Notes under the pieces: generated by a model | What the model was told of the DNA's origin: nothing | Databases searched by the model: none | Seen by the model: the letters and a program-made list of their open reading frames with translations, nothing else | Position numbers and translations under genes: made by a program | In this document: positions 18,697 through 29,373 of the stretch, one piece after another | Position numbering within the stretch: position 1 is the first letter of the stretch | Layout: each line of letters opens with the position of its first letter | Source: Planctomycetota bacterium | Lineage (GTDB): Bacteria > Planctomycetota > Phycisphaerae > WQYP01 | Direction of reading: 5' to 3' | Assembly: GCA_021808485.1 (NCBI GenBank) | Contig: JAKBBN010000002.1 | Span: 1,369 to 65,368 of the forward strand | DNA: 64,000 bases

Positions 18697-19716
18697 ATGA
18701 ACCTTGAAAAGACAGCCAAGCGGGCCAAAGCTCTCACCATTCTTATTGGATGCCTGGGAGTGCTGGTCCTTATATTTGGGGTCGCGACGCTGATTGTTTC
18801 CATCTCCCAGATTCAGGGAGCGGGCATTGCGGCCCGGTTATCCGGATCAATACCGGAGCTGGTGATTGCCGGCTTCGGGCTATTGGTGGTATGCGCCGTA
18901 GTGCTGCTTTATCCGCTGATTGAAATTCGTGCGCGATCACTGTCGGATGAAGGTTGGAGATATGAACAAATTCGCGGTTCGCTGGAAACCATGCGTCAAC
19001 TGCTGGAAACCATCCGCGACAGCACATCGCTTTCCGACGCCGCCAAGCAGACGGCCTACCGGCATAAAGACCGCGAGGCGCTGCGACACGCGATCCGGGA
19101 AGATATTGAGAAAAATGATTACGAGGCGGCACACTGGCTGGTTTCGGAAATGGAACGGCGCTTCGGCAACCGGCAGGAAGCATCGCAATTCCGCGAAATG
19201 ATTGAGACATCGCGGCAACAGTTCATTGACCGGGAACTGCATGAAAGCCTGGAACATTTTTCACGGCTTGTGGAAAAATACGCCTGGACGGACTGCCAGC
19301 GTGAAATTGAACACTTGACGCGCATTTTCCCCGGCAACCCGGAAATCATGGCATTGCCGGAACGGGTTGCCTCCGCCAAAGCGGTGCACAAGCGGGACTT
19401 GCTGAAGGAATGGAAGGATGCCGTAGCGCGCGATGATGTGGATCGCAGCGTGGAGTTGCTTAAACAGCTGGACCAGTACCTTACGCCGGCGGAAGGCGAG
19501 GAATACAAGGAAGTGGCCCGGGAGGTATTCCGCAAAAAGCTCCAGCAGCTTGGCGTGCAGTTTGAACTGCATTGGAAGGACAAAAACTGGTCCGAGGCAC
19601 TGCGGATCGGCCTGCAGATTACGGATGAATATCCCAATGCCCGAATCGCGGCGGAAGTACGCGAACGCCTTGCGGTGCTTAAGGAGCGGGCCGGACAGTC
19701 ATCCGTGGCGATCTGA
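18697..19716 (+). CDS. membrane protein (2 TM) with long helical cytoplasmic domain
   Basis: GGAGG RBS before ATG 18697; two hydrophobic segments, then a charged helical region. Confidence 0.85.
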   Translation: MNLEKTAKRAKALTILIGCLGVLVLIFGVATLIVSISQIQGAGIAARLSGSIPELVIAGFGLLVVCAVVLLYPLIEIRARSLSDEGWRYEQIRGSLETMRQLLETIRDSTSLSDAAKQTAYRHKDREALRHAIREDIEKNDYEAAHWLVSEMERRFGNRQEASQFREMIETSRQQFIDRELHESLEHFSRLVEKYAWTDCQREIEHLTRIFPGNPEIMALPERVASAKAVHKRDLLKEWKDAVARDDVDRSVELLKQLDQYLTPAEGEEYKEVAREVFRKKLQQLGVQFELHWKDKNWSEALRIGLQITDEYPNARIAAEVRERLAVLKERAGQSSVAI

Positions 19717-19811
19717 CCGCAACATACACGCGGCCCGGCCGCGGAAGTCCTCCGCGGCCGCCAAAGGGCCGATCCATTTACGCAGGTTCCTGTCGGATAG
19801 ACCAAAACCCG

Positions 19812-20777
19812 ATGAAAGTACTTTTTTTTGCCTCCGGCGCATTTGCCATTCCCGCATTTGACGCCCTGCGGAAATCCGCTCATTCCATTGTCGGTGTTGT
19901 AAGCCAGCCGGACCGGCCCGCCGGGCGCGGCCGATCGCTGACTTCCACACCGCTGGCCGCCCATGCGGCGGCGGCGGGTTTTGATGTAAAAAAAATCCAG
20001 AACGCAAACAGTCCGGAATTCATCGATTTTGCCGCAACCATCCATGCGGATGTCATTGCAGCGATCGCATTCGGCCAGAAGCTGTCCGACGAGTTGCTGG
20101 CCTCCGCGACCTGCGGGGGCATTAACCTGCATGGTTCTCTGCTGCCGGCATTTCGGGGCGCGGCCCCCGTGAATGCGGCGATTTTAAGCGGCCGGAAAAC
20201 CACCGGAGTGACGGTCATCCGCCTGACGAACGTGATGGATGGCGGAGACATTCTGGCATCGCGGGAAACGGAGATTGGAGATACCCAGACGGCCGGCGAA
20301 CTGCATGACCAGCTTGCGGTGCTTGGCGGTGGACTGGTGCCCATGGTATTGGACAGGTTCGAATCCGGAGATTTTTCCGGCCGGCCGCAGCAACTGGAAC
20401 TTGTTTCCAAGGCGCCGAAACTTTCCAAGGCGATGGCCTGGGTTGATTTTACCGCCCCCGCGGAAGCCGTTTCCGCCCGCATCCGGGGACTTTCCCCCTG
20501 GCCGGGATGCCAAGTGCACTTTGTTTCACCGGACGGAACCAGACGGATTTCAGCGCAACTGCTGCGATGCCGCGCGGAACAGAGCGGCGCGGGCCCCGCG
20601 GGTACCGTTCTGCACAACCTGCAGGTAGGCTGCGGGCAGGGCACCATCCAGCTGATGGATATTGTACCGCAGGGACGCAAGCAAATGGACGTGAAGGCCT
20701 TTGCCAACGGTTATGGGTTGAAACCCGGCTGGCAGGTCAAATCCGGAGCCGCGGACACATTGTCAGCGGTCCAATGA
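19812..20777 (+). CDS. fmt: methionyl-tRNA formyltransferase
   Basis: VSQPDRPAGRG, INLHGSLLPAFRGAAP, MDGGDIL, IRGLSPWPG. Confidence 0.96.
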   Translation: MKVLFFASGAFAIPAFDALRKSAHSIVGVVSQPDRPAGRGRSLTSTPLAAHAAAAGFDVKKIQNANSPEFIDFAATIHADVIAAIAFGQKLSDELLASATCGGINLHGSLLPAFRGAAPVNAAILSGRKTTGVTVIRLTNVMDGGDILASRETEIGDTQTAGELHDQLAVLGGGLVPMVLDRFESGDFSGRPQQLELVSKAPKLSKAMAWVDFTAPAEAVSARIRGLSPWPGCQVHFVSPDGTRRISAQLLRCRAEQSGAGPAGTVLHNLQVGCGQGTIQLMDIVPQGRKQMDVKAFANGYGLKPGWQVKSGAADTLSAVQ

Positions 20778-20969
20778 ATCCGGCGGGCAACCGGACGCGG
20801 TCTGCAACGGCTTAATTCGCCGGAACAGTCCTTGATCCGATGGATCACCTGCAATTCAAATGACAATACCGCGAAAGTCTGTTATAAATTCTCCTCATTC
20901 GGCGGACTATGGGGGGAATAATGCCATCGGGAATGTACCGCGTGCGGTTTTTGCCAGGAGGTTGTGACG

Positions 20970-22442
20970 ATGAATAGCCTTTTGAAGTTTTCCGTATGGG
21001 CCATTGGGTGTATCGGCTGCTGCACGGCGGCATTCGCCGCGCCCGGCAACGGCATCCTGACAATCCATGATTCACCCGCGAACCCCGGTCAACCCATGGT
21101 GCAACACGCCGCCGCAAAACCCGTTAAAGGGCAACAACCGGCCGCCACGGGGCGGAATTCAGGAGTGGCGGCTTCGCCAGAGCGCAGCTCACCGACGGAA
21201 AAGCAGATCAAGGTATGGATCAAGGAACTCGACTCGCAGCGCTACGTTCAGCGTGCCAGGGCAAAAAAACATTTGATCGCGGCGGGTGACATGGTGCGGG
21301 CGGATATACACAAAGAAATGGCCGGCCTTACGACGCCGGAAATGCGGCATGAAATGCGGGCGGTACTTCATGCACTGAATAATCTCCGTCTGCTGCGCGG
21401 CAAATTGATTACACTGGATTTGAAGGACGCTTCGGCCGCGCAGGCATTTAAAAAGATCGGCCGGGCGGCGGGTGTTACATTTAACCAGTGGCCGCCGCAA
21501 TTATTCCAGCAGACAGCCGGCCATGTGACATTGCATGCGCATCATGAGCCGTTGCTGCGGGTTTTGTGGTCCGTGGCCAGGCAGACAAATATATCAATGT
21601 CCAACATGAACTTTAATAACATGTTCAACGTGATAGCCGCGAACGGAAGCATGAATGCGCACAACCCGGTCGATTTTGAAGGCGCGTTTCTTACTGAAAT
21701 TACCGAGATCGACTATCACAAAATGCTCATTTTCAATACATCGCGGCCGCAGAGCACGAAACAATTAATGGTATCCATGACGCTGGTATCCGATCCAACA
21801 CTGCGCATATTGGATCCTGTAAACCAGGCGACCGTCACCGAAGCAACGGACGATCTGGGACATTCGTTGGTGATACCCGCCAACCCGGGGCCGAATGTTT
21901 ATTACGGCTACTGGGGAAATATGGGGACCGTGTATAATCTTACCGTGAATCTGCATACAGTTAAGGGAATGGGCACAAAACTCAAGGTTCTCAAGGGCAG
22001 TGTGCCGGTGGTTGCAGGCGCACAGGAAAAAACGATCATCTTCAAGCATTTGCATAAGGCACAACATCAGGACATCGCGGGCATTCGTATTTCAGTCGCG
22101 AATTTTACGCTGCTTAATCAGAATCAGTATCAGGTGCAGGTAAGCTTCGGCCCGCGAACGCCCCCCGTCAACAATTCCCTGTCACCGGATCAGCAGGCGA
22201 TAGTGCAAAGTCTGGAAAACAGCGGCAATTATACCTTGACGGATGCCAAGGGCCGCAGCATTGTCGGCAACATGCAGGGCGGCGGCGGCGGACCAACTCA
22301 ATTTCAATATAACTTCGGATTTTTTAATAATAATAATAATAACAACGTGATCGGGAAGCCGACGAAACTGGTTATCACCGTCGTGACAAGACAAAAGATT
22401 ATTCATGTGCCGTTTGAGTTCAGGAATGTGCCGCTGCCGTAA
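20970..22442 (+). CDS. secreted hypothetical protein (helical N-domain, STN-like segment, beta-rich C-terminus)
   Basis: AGGAGG RBS, signal peptide, ELDS..Y..R..A...L, ITLDLKDAS, ends VPFEFRNVPLP; poly-Asn tract. Confidence 0.8.
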   Translation: MNSLLKFSVWAIGCIGCCTAAFAAPGNGILTIHDSPANPGQPMVQHAAAKPVKGQQPAATGRNSGVAASPERSSPTEKQIKVWIKELDSQRYVQRARAKKHLIAAGDMVRADIHKEMAGLTTPEMRHEMRAVLHALNNLRLLRGKLITLDLKDASAAQAFKKIGRAAGVTFNQWPPQLFQQTAGHVTLHAHHEPLLRVLWSVARQTNISMSNMNFNNMFNVIAANGSMNAHNPVDFEGAFLTEITEIDYHKMLIFNTSRPQSTKQLMVSMTLVSDPTLRILDPVNQATVTEATDDLGHSLVIPANPGPNVYYGYWGNMGTVYNLTVNLHTVKGMGTKLKVLKGSVPVVAGAQEKTIIFKHLHKAQHQDIAGIRISVANFTLLNQNQYQVQVSFGPRTPPVNNSLSPDQQAIVQSLENSGNYTLTDAKGRSIVGNMQGGGGGPTQFQYNFGFFNNNNNNNVIGKPTKLVITVVTRQKIIHVPFEFRNVPLP

Positions 22443-22587
22443 CACGCGAAATACAGCGCGGGATCCCGCCCCGGACGCATAAGCCCGGCAATCCGGGCTG
22501 CGGCCAACCGTGTTCAAGCACCGCGCACAACGTACATTGCCGATTGAATTAAGAAGCGAGGAACAGCCTGGTAATCCGGCGGACCGC

Positions 22588-24174
22588 TCACGCCTGCGGC
22601 CGTTGCCCAGGAATGATTCTATTTCGCCGCCTGCCAAGTAAACAAACAGCGCCGATGCACAGCAGCATCAGGCCGGCCGGTTCCGGAGTTAAAATTTCCG
22701 TAACCTGTGTGGACCAGGTGCCGTCCGCGGCAGGCAGTTCCTGGAAGGTCCAGAATGCATTGGGATTGGTCGGATCAACCACCGTGGTGCTGTAATCACC
22801 CCAGCGGTATGTACCGGTATTGAGCGTATAGGTTGCCGTTCCGGCTTTAAGCAGAAACGGCGTACCAAGGGATAACATTCCGCTGCCGTTGATATGGCCG
22901 ACCGCCGCATATGCGCCGACATATTGGGTGCCGGAGCTTTCATTAAAAGCGATTACGACGGTGCTGTCAGTGGATACCGCTATGGAGCCGTAATAAAGCG
23001 AACTGTCGGGATGGTTTGGATCGGACAGTACGATTTCATTGGTAAGAACGGGGCTGGTATTGTCCGCAGTCGCCGGGGTGACGCCAAAAATCCGCAGGGA
23101 GGAAATGGAGCTGTTGGCCGAGTTGGCGATGGTTTGCGCACCCCATACCTGTCCATTCGCAAACACCAGACTCGAACTAAGCCGGTCATCGCCGGAATCA
23201 ATGGCGTTGGCGGAGCCCGGCTGGGCCGCACCGGCGGTGGGTCCTCCGGTCTGGGTGTTAAACGTGGCGAGATTAAAGTTAATATCCAGAGACACCGGAT
23301 TGCCCGGGACTACATTGGTCTGATTCAGGTTTTCCGTATAGCCGACGGCATTGAACGCGGATTGCTGATAATTGGAGAAAAGATACGTGGTGTGACCGGT
23401 ATTGCCGCTGTAATCATTGACCGGTTGATTGGTAAATCCGAGATTGCTGAATGGATAATTAAACAACTGACCGCCGGTGACGGCGCCGGCGACAACGCTG
23501 GACTTGGGGAGTACAAGCACATCCGCATTGGCGGCGGAACTCGTGAAATTATTGAGTGTGCTGGGTACGGTATACATGTTGCCGGCGAGCGTGACGTAAT
23601 TGGCTGTGACGCCCAGCGTCGGAAAATCCGCGAATTCCGGGGTGGAGGTGGAGGACGGCTGCGCGGCATACGTAATGCCGTGCCAACCGGTGAGCGGATC
23701 GGCGGTTTCAGCCAGCAGAAAATCATTTGACCCGCTGACGCCGGAGCTGTTTTCCGGAACGGTAATGGAACTGGCGAACCAGTCTCCGGAGGCCGGGTCG
23801 TACACAATCCGCGGATCACTGATGCCCACGCTTGTTGCGGAACCGGACGGGGTAAACGCGGCGCTGTAATCGCCGGAGCTTAATGCGCTTTTCCAGAATG
23901 ATTTGAGGTTTTCGGAAAATACCGGCGTATTGGCCGCGCCGCTGAGAGTCTTGTTGTACACAAGATATTGGCCGTTGATCAACTCGGCTATATTCGCCGT
24001 CCCGACCGCGCCATTCGTATCCGGCGGGGCAAATCCGGAAACATATCCGCTGCTGCTAAGACTGCCGGCTGCGAAATTAACCGGAAGCGAATAACTGCCG
24101 GCCGCCCAGGCGGCATGGCCAAGCAGCAAGGTTGAGGCGGAAACCACGCAGACGGGGATTGATTTCAGTCGCAT
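22588..24174 (-). CDS. PEP-CTERM surface protein (probable beta-propeller)
   Basis: Signal peptide; PPDTNGAVG, SDPRIVYD, DFPTLG, RWGDYS; C-terminal TPEPAGLMLLCIGAVCLLGRRR. Confidence 0.9.
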   Translation of the reverse strand: MRLKSIPVCVVSASTLLLGHAAWAAGSYSLPVNFAAGSLSSSGYVSGFAPPDTNGAVGTANIAELINGQYLVYNKTLSGAANTPVFSENLKSFWKSALSSGDYSAAFTPSGSATSVGISDPRIVYDPASGDWFASSITVPENSSGVSGSNDFLLAETADPLTGWHGITYAAQPSSTSTPEFADFPTLGVTANYVTLAGNMYTVPSTLNNFTSSAANADVLVLPKSSVVAGAVTGGQLFNYPFSNLGFTNQPVNDYSGNTGHTTYLFSNYQQSAFNAVGYTENLNQTNVVPGNPVSLDINFNLATFNTQTGGPTAGAAQPGSANAIDSGDDRLSSSLVFANGQVWGAQTIANSANSSISSLRIFGVTPATADNTSPVLTNEIVLSDPNHPDSSLYYGSIAVSTDSTVVIAFNESSGTQYVGAYAAVGHINGSGMLSLGTPFLLKAGTATYTLNTGTYRWGDYSTTVVDPTNPNAFWTFQELPAADGTWSTQVTEILTPEPAGLMLLCIGAVCLLGRRRNRIIPGQRPQA

Positions 24175-24460
24175 GCGGCACCCTCAATAAGCGTTCAAGC
24201 AATGAATAACGAAGCGGTATCGGCCCATCAGCCTGCACTCCCTGAATGGCGGCATTCTAGCCTGCAGGGAATCAACCGACAAGATAAATCACCATGGGAT
24301 TCAAGCGACGTGGAGCGACAACAGGGCTGTTGGTTGGAAACCGACGACAATTTTCCAATGAAAAATGAAGGTGACGTTGCTGATCCGGTTGCAATAATCC
24401 AAGACCTTGGTACGTTATGGAGAAATATTTTAACCAGATGCTGGTTTTTTGTAGAGGAAA

Positions 24461-26266
24461 ATGGATATGAAAAGGCGCGATTTCTGCAAATTAATGGCCG
24501 TTTCCGCGATCGCAACGGCGGGCTTGAATGCGTCACGATCGGCCGAAGCCGGAACGATTGCCGGCGGTTTTGATCAGTTGAATGAAAATTATCCGCAGTT
24601 TTGCGGCACACCTGCCGCGGATCGCACATTTTACGCTTTGGAGCAGGGGAATATCGTTGCGGAAAAGTTAAACAACAATCATTGGCGCCCCACGGGCTGG
24701 GGCGGTCCGCCGGGGCTGCCGGTAAAAGGCGGTTCATGGGACGGCGTGCCGATGGACGCACCGATTTCGGGCCTTTCCGGCAAAGGACCCTACAAACCGA
24801 CATGGCAATCAATGCTGGAATACGAATGTCCGGAATGGTACCGGGACGCCAAATTCGCCATCTGGAATCATTGGAGTCCCCAATGCGTTCCGGAGGATGG
24901 CGACTGGTATGCGCGCAACATGTACATTCAGGGGTCCGGACAGAACCGTTATCAATGTCAACATTACGGGCCGCCATCGCGCTTCGGCTATAAAGACCTT
25001 TGTGCACAATGGACGCTGTTAAACTGGGAACCGGCGCACCTGATGGATCTTTATAAAAAGGCGGGGGCGAAATTATTCCTGACGCTGGCCAATCACCATG
25101 ATGGATTTGACACGTGGAATTCGCGGCACCATCAATGGAATGCGCACAACATTGGTCCGCACCGGGATGTGGTGGGCACATGGGCGGCGGAAGCCAGAAA
25201 GCGAGGCTTGCGCGTGGGCGTGACGGTGCACCAGGCGCGGAACTGGTGGTGGTTTCAGACGTCGCACGGAGCGGACAAGACCGGCCCACTGGCCGGGGTT
25301 CCGTATGACGGCATTCTCACCAAAGCGGACGGGAAGGGGCAATGGTGGCAAGGTTTTGACCCCCAGCAGCTTTACGGGGCCAAACATCCGCACAATGCGC
25401 TGCCGGATGCTTCTTATGTTAAGAATTTTTACGATCGGACTCGCGATCTGGTGGATCAACACGATCCGGATCTTCTGTATTTTGACAACAGCCTGTTCCC
25501 GCTGGGCTGGGGCGGTATGAATATTGGGGCTTATTTTTACAACCACAATCTTAAAACGCGGGGCAAAATGGAAGGTGTCGTCACTATCAAAGGGGTTCCG
25601 GCGCATTTGGCCAAGGCCGTGGTGGCGGATATTGAACGCGGCATCACCAGCGGAATTGTGCCGCATCCCTGGCAATCTGAAACCTGCATCGGCCAGTGGC
25701 ATTACCAGCGGGCGTTGTTTGACCACCCCGGGGAATACGGCGGCTACCTTCACCCGCAGACAATTATCCACTGGTTGTGCGATGCGGTAAGCAAAAATGG
25801 AACATTTGTGCTCAATATTCCGGGTAAACCGGACGGCACGATAGACCGCAAGGAAAAGCTTATTCTGGAGCGGCTTGCCGAATGGTTCGCCATCAATGGC
25901 GAAGCGATTTATGCCACGCGCCCCTGGAAGATATTCGGCCAGGGGGCCACGCAGGCCGCCAAAGGCTGGGGTAACGGCTACAACACGATCAAGAATCTTG
26001 GGCCGAACGACATCCGATTTACACGCAACAAGGCCGACACCGTTGTTTATGCCATATTCATGGGTTGGCCGAACGGCGCATTTAATGTGCCGGCGATGGG
26101 AACGGCCGCCGCTACAAATCCCGGAAAAATTGCCCATGTGCAATTGCTGGGTGTGGATGAACCAGTGCAGTGGAAACAGTCTGCCGCGGGCTTAACGGTT
26201 CAAAAACCCAACCATGCCCCCAAGACGGCGCATGATGCGGTGTCGTTGAAGGTAACGCTGGCATAA
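24461..26266 (+). CDS. Tat-exported alpha-L-fucosidase (GH29)
   Basis: KRRDFCK Tat motif; PEWYRDAKF, HHDGF, PDLLYFD, DIERG, SKNG...LNIP, NGEAIYATRPW. Confidence 0.93.
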   Translation: MDMKRRDFCKLMAVSAIATAGLNASRSAEAGTIAGGFDQLNENYPQFCGTPAADRTFYALEQGNIVAEKLNNNHWRPTGWGGPPGLPVKGGSWDGVPMDAPISGLSGKGPYKPTWQSMLEYECPEWYRDAKFAIWNHWSPQCVPEDGDWYARNMYIQGSGQNRYQCQHYGPPSRFGYKDLCAQWTLLNWEPAHLMDLYKKAGAKLFLTLANHHDGFDTWNSRHHQWNAHNIGPHRDVVGTWAAEARKRGLRVGVTVHQARNWWWFQTSHGADKTGPLAGVPYDGILTKADGKGQWWQGFDPQQLYGAKHPHNALPDASYVKNFYDRTRDLVDQHDPDLLYFDNSLFPLGWGGMNIGAYFYNHNLKTRGKMEGVVTIKGVPAHLAKAVVADIERGITSGIVPHPWQSETCIGQWHYQRALFDHPGEYGGYLHPQTIIHWLCDAVSKNGTFVLNIPGKPDGTIDRKEKLILERLAEWFAINGEAIYATRPWKIFGQGATQAAKGWGNGYNTIKNLGPNDIRFTRNKADTVVYAIFMGWPNGAFNVPAMGTAAATNPGKIAHVQLLGVDEPVQWKQSAAGLTVQKPNHAPKTAHDAVSLKVTLA

Positions 26267-26383
26267 TCACCCGATCAGGTGCAACAAAACCTGTGGGAGT
26301 CTGAAATCAATCGCGACGAGAACTGCGGCTGCGCCGGCCAGAACGGAGTTCGCTGCGCCGGCGACCATCCACAACAGGCGACA

Positions 26384-27445
26384 TCATTTCTTCAATGCCA
26401 GGTCGGCAAGGTGATGAAGTTCAATAAGGCCGGAAGCGGCGGCAATGTCCACCTTGGCGTCCGGGTCGGCCAGCATTTTCCGCAGGACATGGGCATTGTA
26501 GGCAATGGGAATGGAGCCGAGGGCCAAAGCCGCCAGCACGCGCAACTGCGCGTTCTTGGCCTTGGAATAGGCCAGCACGTTTTTTTCACCAAGAGTGCTG
26601 TTGCGCTGCCCCAAGCCGCGTGCCGCGATCAATTGCGCCGCCGGCAACGGGTCATGCAGGCCATTGAGCAGCACGTTAATCGCCAGGGGATTCGGCAAAG
26701 AGCGGCAGGTACTCATGGCCGCCAGATGGTATTGTGCGTATTTGCTCATGCTCATGGCGATCAGACTGTTCACGGCCCGCGGATCACCTAGGCGGGCCAG
26801 AGCGGACGTGACGGCCATGCGCACGGCGGAATTCCTGTCATTGACACGGGATTTAAGCAGGATTATTGCGGAGGGATCTCCCAGTCGGCCAAGCACAAAT
26901 GCAGTATTGGCGCGGACGGTGGGATTTTTATTGTCGAGTGTTTGCGCCAGTTCGCCCATATGGCGGATATGGCCAAGCCGGGACAAGGCATATATCGCCG
27001 CCACCCGCACGCTTATGTCCGGATCCTTGAGCAATTGCTGCAGGCTGGGCAACAGCGATTTAATTCGTCGTTTGCCCGCGACCATCGCCGCGGAAAAACG
27101 GACCATCGAACTTTTATCCGCCAGTCCGCGGGCTACAAGAACCCGCGTTATCGGCGCATTAAGACGTTTAAGGCTTTCGATAGCCGCAGCGCGAATCGAG
27201 GCATGCGGGCTTTTCACCATACGCGCCAGCAGGTCTTCCACGGGTGCCAGATGAATGTGCGGCGGAGCGGGATGGGCGAGAGCCGGCCGCAACCCGGCGC
27301 CGCAGACGACGGCCAGCGCCACGACCAGACCGGCAGCCGCGATTGAGGATTTCTTCCGCCGACAGCCGCGGCACAACGGCCGTGATTTCCGTGAATCCTC
27401 CCGCCCGGTCGCCGATTCGATTACCCTGGAAGCAGGTAAGATCAT
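26384..27445 (-). CDS. exported HEAT-repeat protein
   Basis: Hydrophobic signal, then repeated L.D....VR..AA.AL.RLG units. Confidence 0.9.
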   Translation of the reverse strand: MILPASRVIESATGREDSRKSRPLCRGCRRKKSSIAAAGLVVALAVVCGAGLRPALAHPAPPHIHLAPVEDLLARMVKSPHASIRAAAIESLKRLNAPITRVLVARGLADKSSMVRFSAAMVAGKRRIKSLLPSLQQLLKDPDISVRVAAIYALSRLGHIRHMGELAQTLDNKNPTVRANTAFVLGRLGDPSAIILLKSRVNDRNSAVRMAVTSALARLGDPRAVNSLIAMSMSKYAQYHLAAMSTCRSLPNPLAINVLLNGLHDPLPAAQLIAARGLGQRNSTLGEKNVLAYSKAKNAQLRVLAALALGSIPIAYNAHVLRKMLADPDAKVDIAAASGLIELHHLADLALKK

Positions 27446-27501
27446 AAAAAGCCTTTCGTATCGCCGGCCTTATATGGGCGGGCGAAGATATAATAACATT
27501 G

Positions 27502-29295
27502 TTACGCCTGTTTTGCAGTCTTTTTTCGGATGCGATGCAGTAGGCGTCCCAGCCCCTGCATCCATACGCCAAGCACCGCAAGCAGGTTCAAAAGCACCAG
27601 GGCGCGGACCGGCAGATCGCCTATGCGGTCAAAAAGAGTGATGCGGCTGTCCAGCGGAAGCCGCGCCACGGCATAGCCCTGTACCTGGTGCTTCCATCCA
27701 CCCGCGGGGGCACGGACCCTTTTGATTATGGACCCATCGGAATTAATGATGGCGGAATCCCCGCCATTGACGCTGCGGGCGATAGACACACGATTTTCCA
27801 CGGCGCGAACTTCAGTCAGTTGAAGGTGCTGCAGCAGTTCCGCCCGACTGGCGTACCATCCGTCATTGCTTATGCTGACCAGAAAATTGACTCCCTTTTT
27901 TCCGTTTCGGGGCCTGGCGAACATGCGGCAGGGATGGGGCATGGCATCTTCATAGCAGATGGGAGTGCCGAATTTCCAATGGTGACGGCGGACGTGCAGG
28001 CTGAAACGCCGCCATTTTTTTCCCGGCGTGAGGCTGTAGGCTCCCTGCGGCCCATACGGCGTAAGGTACATCAACCATTTGTGAAACAATGATCCAGCCT
28101 GCTGGAATGGAATGTATTCGCCAAAAGGGACCAGATGATGTTTGGCGTAGGGATGCCCGGTCAGGCCGTGTTGCGGGGTAAAATAAACCGCGATGTTCTG
28201 CAATTTATCGGGGCGGCCGTCCGGACCGAAATGGATTCCGCCGGAACCGACCAGCAGCGATGCTCCGCTGCGGCGCGACAATGCCGCCAGAGCTTTGGCA
28301 TACCCGTGATCGCGGGACAGCTCGCCACGACCGTGGCCCGGCAAAAAGTCATCCGCGGCCATGGCCAGCCAGGATCGATTCAGGTCGCCGGGGACCATGG
28401 TTTCCGGCCATGCGATAAGATTAATCCCCGGATGACTCCGCAGCGCTTTTTGTGATTGCGCGACAAATCGGTCAAACATGGCCTGCTCATCGGCCGGCGT
28501 TTGATTGTCTTTCAGGGACTGCGGTATTCGGCTTTCAATCACGGCTACCAGCGGTCCGGGCGACAAGACATGCGGTTGGGTAAGCCGATAGCCGCCATAA
28601 ACGGTCGCGAGAGCCAGCAGCACCAGTGCCAGGATCGGCCGAACAGGGATTCGCCGCGATTGAGGCGATTTCGGATCATCGCCGCGGTGCAACAATTCAA
28701 CCAGAGCGCCTGCGGTGAGTCCGCATAGAAAGGTAAGGCCGGATACCCCGAACAAATCCGCACATTGCAGAAGGGGTTTATTCGCCGCCAATGCGGTTCC
28801 CACCATAAACCAGGAAAACCCGGACATCAGCGTGCTGCGAACGTATTCAGCGGCCGTAAACGCCAGCGGAACGGCGAGCGTGGGCGGGATTTTGAGTTTA
28901 AAAACCCACATCCGCAGCAGCAGGGCGAACACGGGAAAATAAAATCCCATGTAAATCGACAAACCGATATATCCGCCTACCGTCACCGGAATAAGCCAGG
29001 AACTGGCGACGAGAAAATACACAATTCCAGCCGACCAGATGAGCAGCCACGCACCCTTGCGAAAAGTCCGGCCCAGAACAGCCAGGGATAGCGGCGCCAG
29101 CGCAAACAGAGCCAGGGGCCATACACCAAGGGGTGGAAAAGCGAGCCACAACATTGTATCCGCAGCCAATATCAGGGCGGCGAACGTCAGCAGGGACAAT
29201 TCACGCTTCCGCGGGGATTCAGCGGTCCCGGCGGGTTGAGAAGTGCGTGGTGCGGCGACAGGCGCGGAGCTTTTATCGGGAGAAGACAAACTCAT
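27502..29295 (-). CDS. lnt: apolipoprotein N-acyltransferase
   Basis: Multi-TM N-terminus; WPE, KHHLVPFGEYIP, ICYE, ISNDGW, RAVEN. Confidence 0.95.
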   Translation of the reverse strand: MSLSSPDKSSAPVAAPRTSQPAGTAESPRKRELSLLTFAALILAADTMLWLAFPPLGVWPLALFALAPLSLAVLGRTFRKGAWLLIWSAGIVYFLVASSWLIPVTVGGYIGLSIYMGFYFPVFALLLRMWVFKLKIPPTLAVPLAFTAAEYVRSTLMSGFSWFMVGTALAANKPLLQCADLFGVSGLTFLCGLTAGALVELLHRGDDPKSPQSRRIPVRPILALVLLALATVYGGYRLTQPHVLSPGPLVAVIESRIPQSLKDNQTPADEQAMFDRFVAQSQKALRSHPGINLIAWPETMVPGDLNRSWLAMAADDFLPGHGRGELSRDHGYAKALAALSRRSGASLLVGSGGIHFGPDGRPDKLQNIAVYFTPQHGLTGHPYAKHHLVPFGEYIPFQQAGSLFHKWLMYLTPYGPQGAYSLTPGKKWRRFSLHVRRHHWKFGTPICYEDAMPHPCRMFARPRNGKKGVNFLVSISNDGWYASRAELLQHLQLTEVRAVENRVSIARSVNGGDSAIINSDGSIIKRVRAPAGGWKHQVQGYAVARLPLDSRITLFDRIGDLPVRALVLLNLLAVLGVWMQGLGRLLHRIRKKTAKQA

Positions 29296-29373
29296 AAATC
29301 AGGCTGTGCCCTTTTCGCTTGTGCGGAAACCCACCCGGGGCGGGTTCATACCTTTAAAAACCCACCGCCACAA

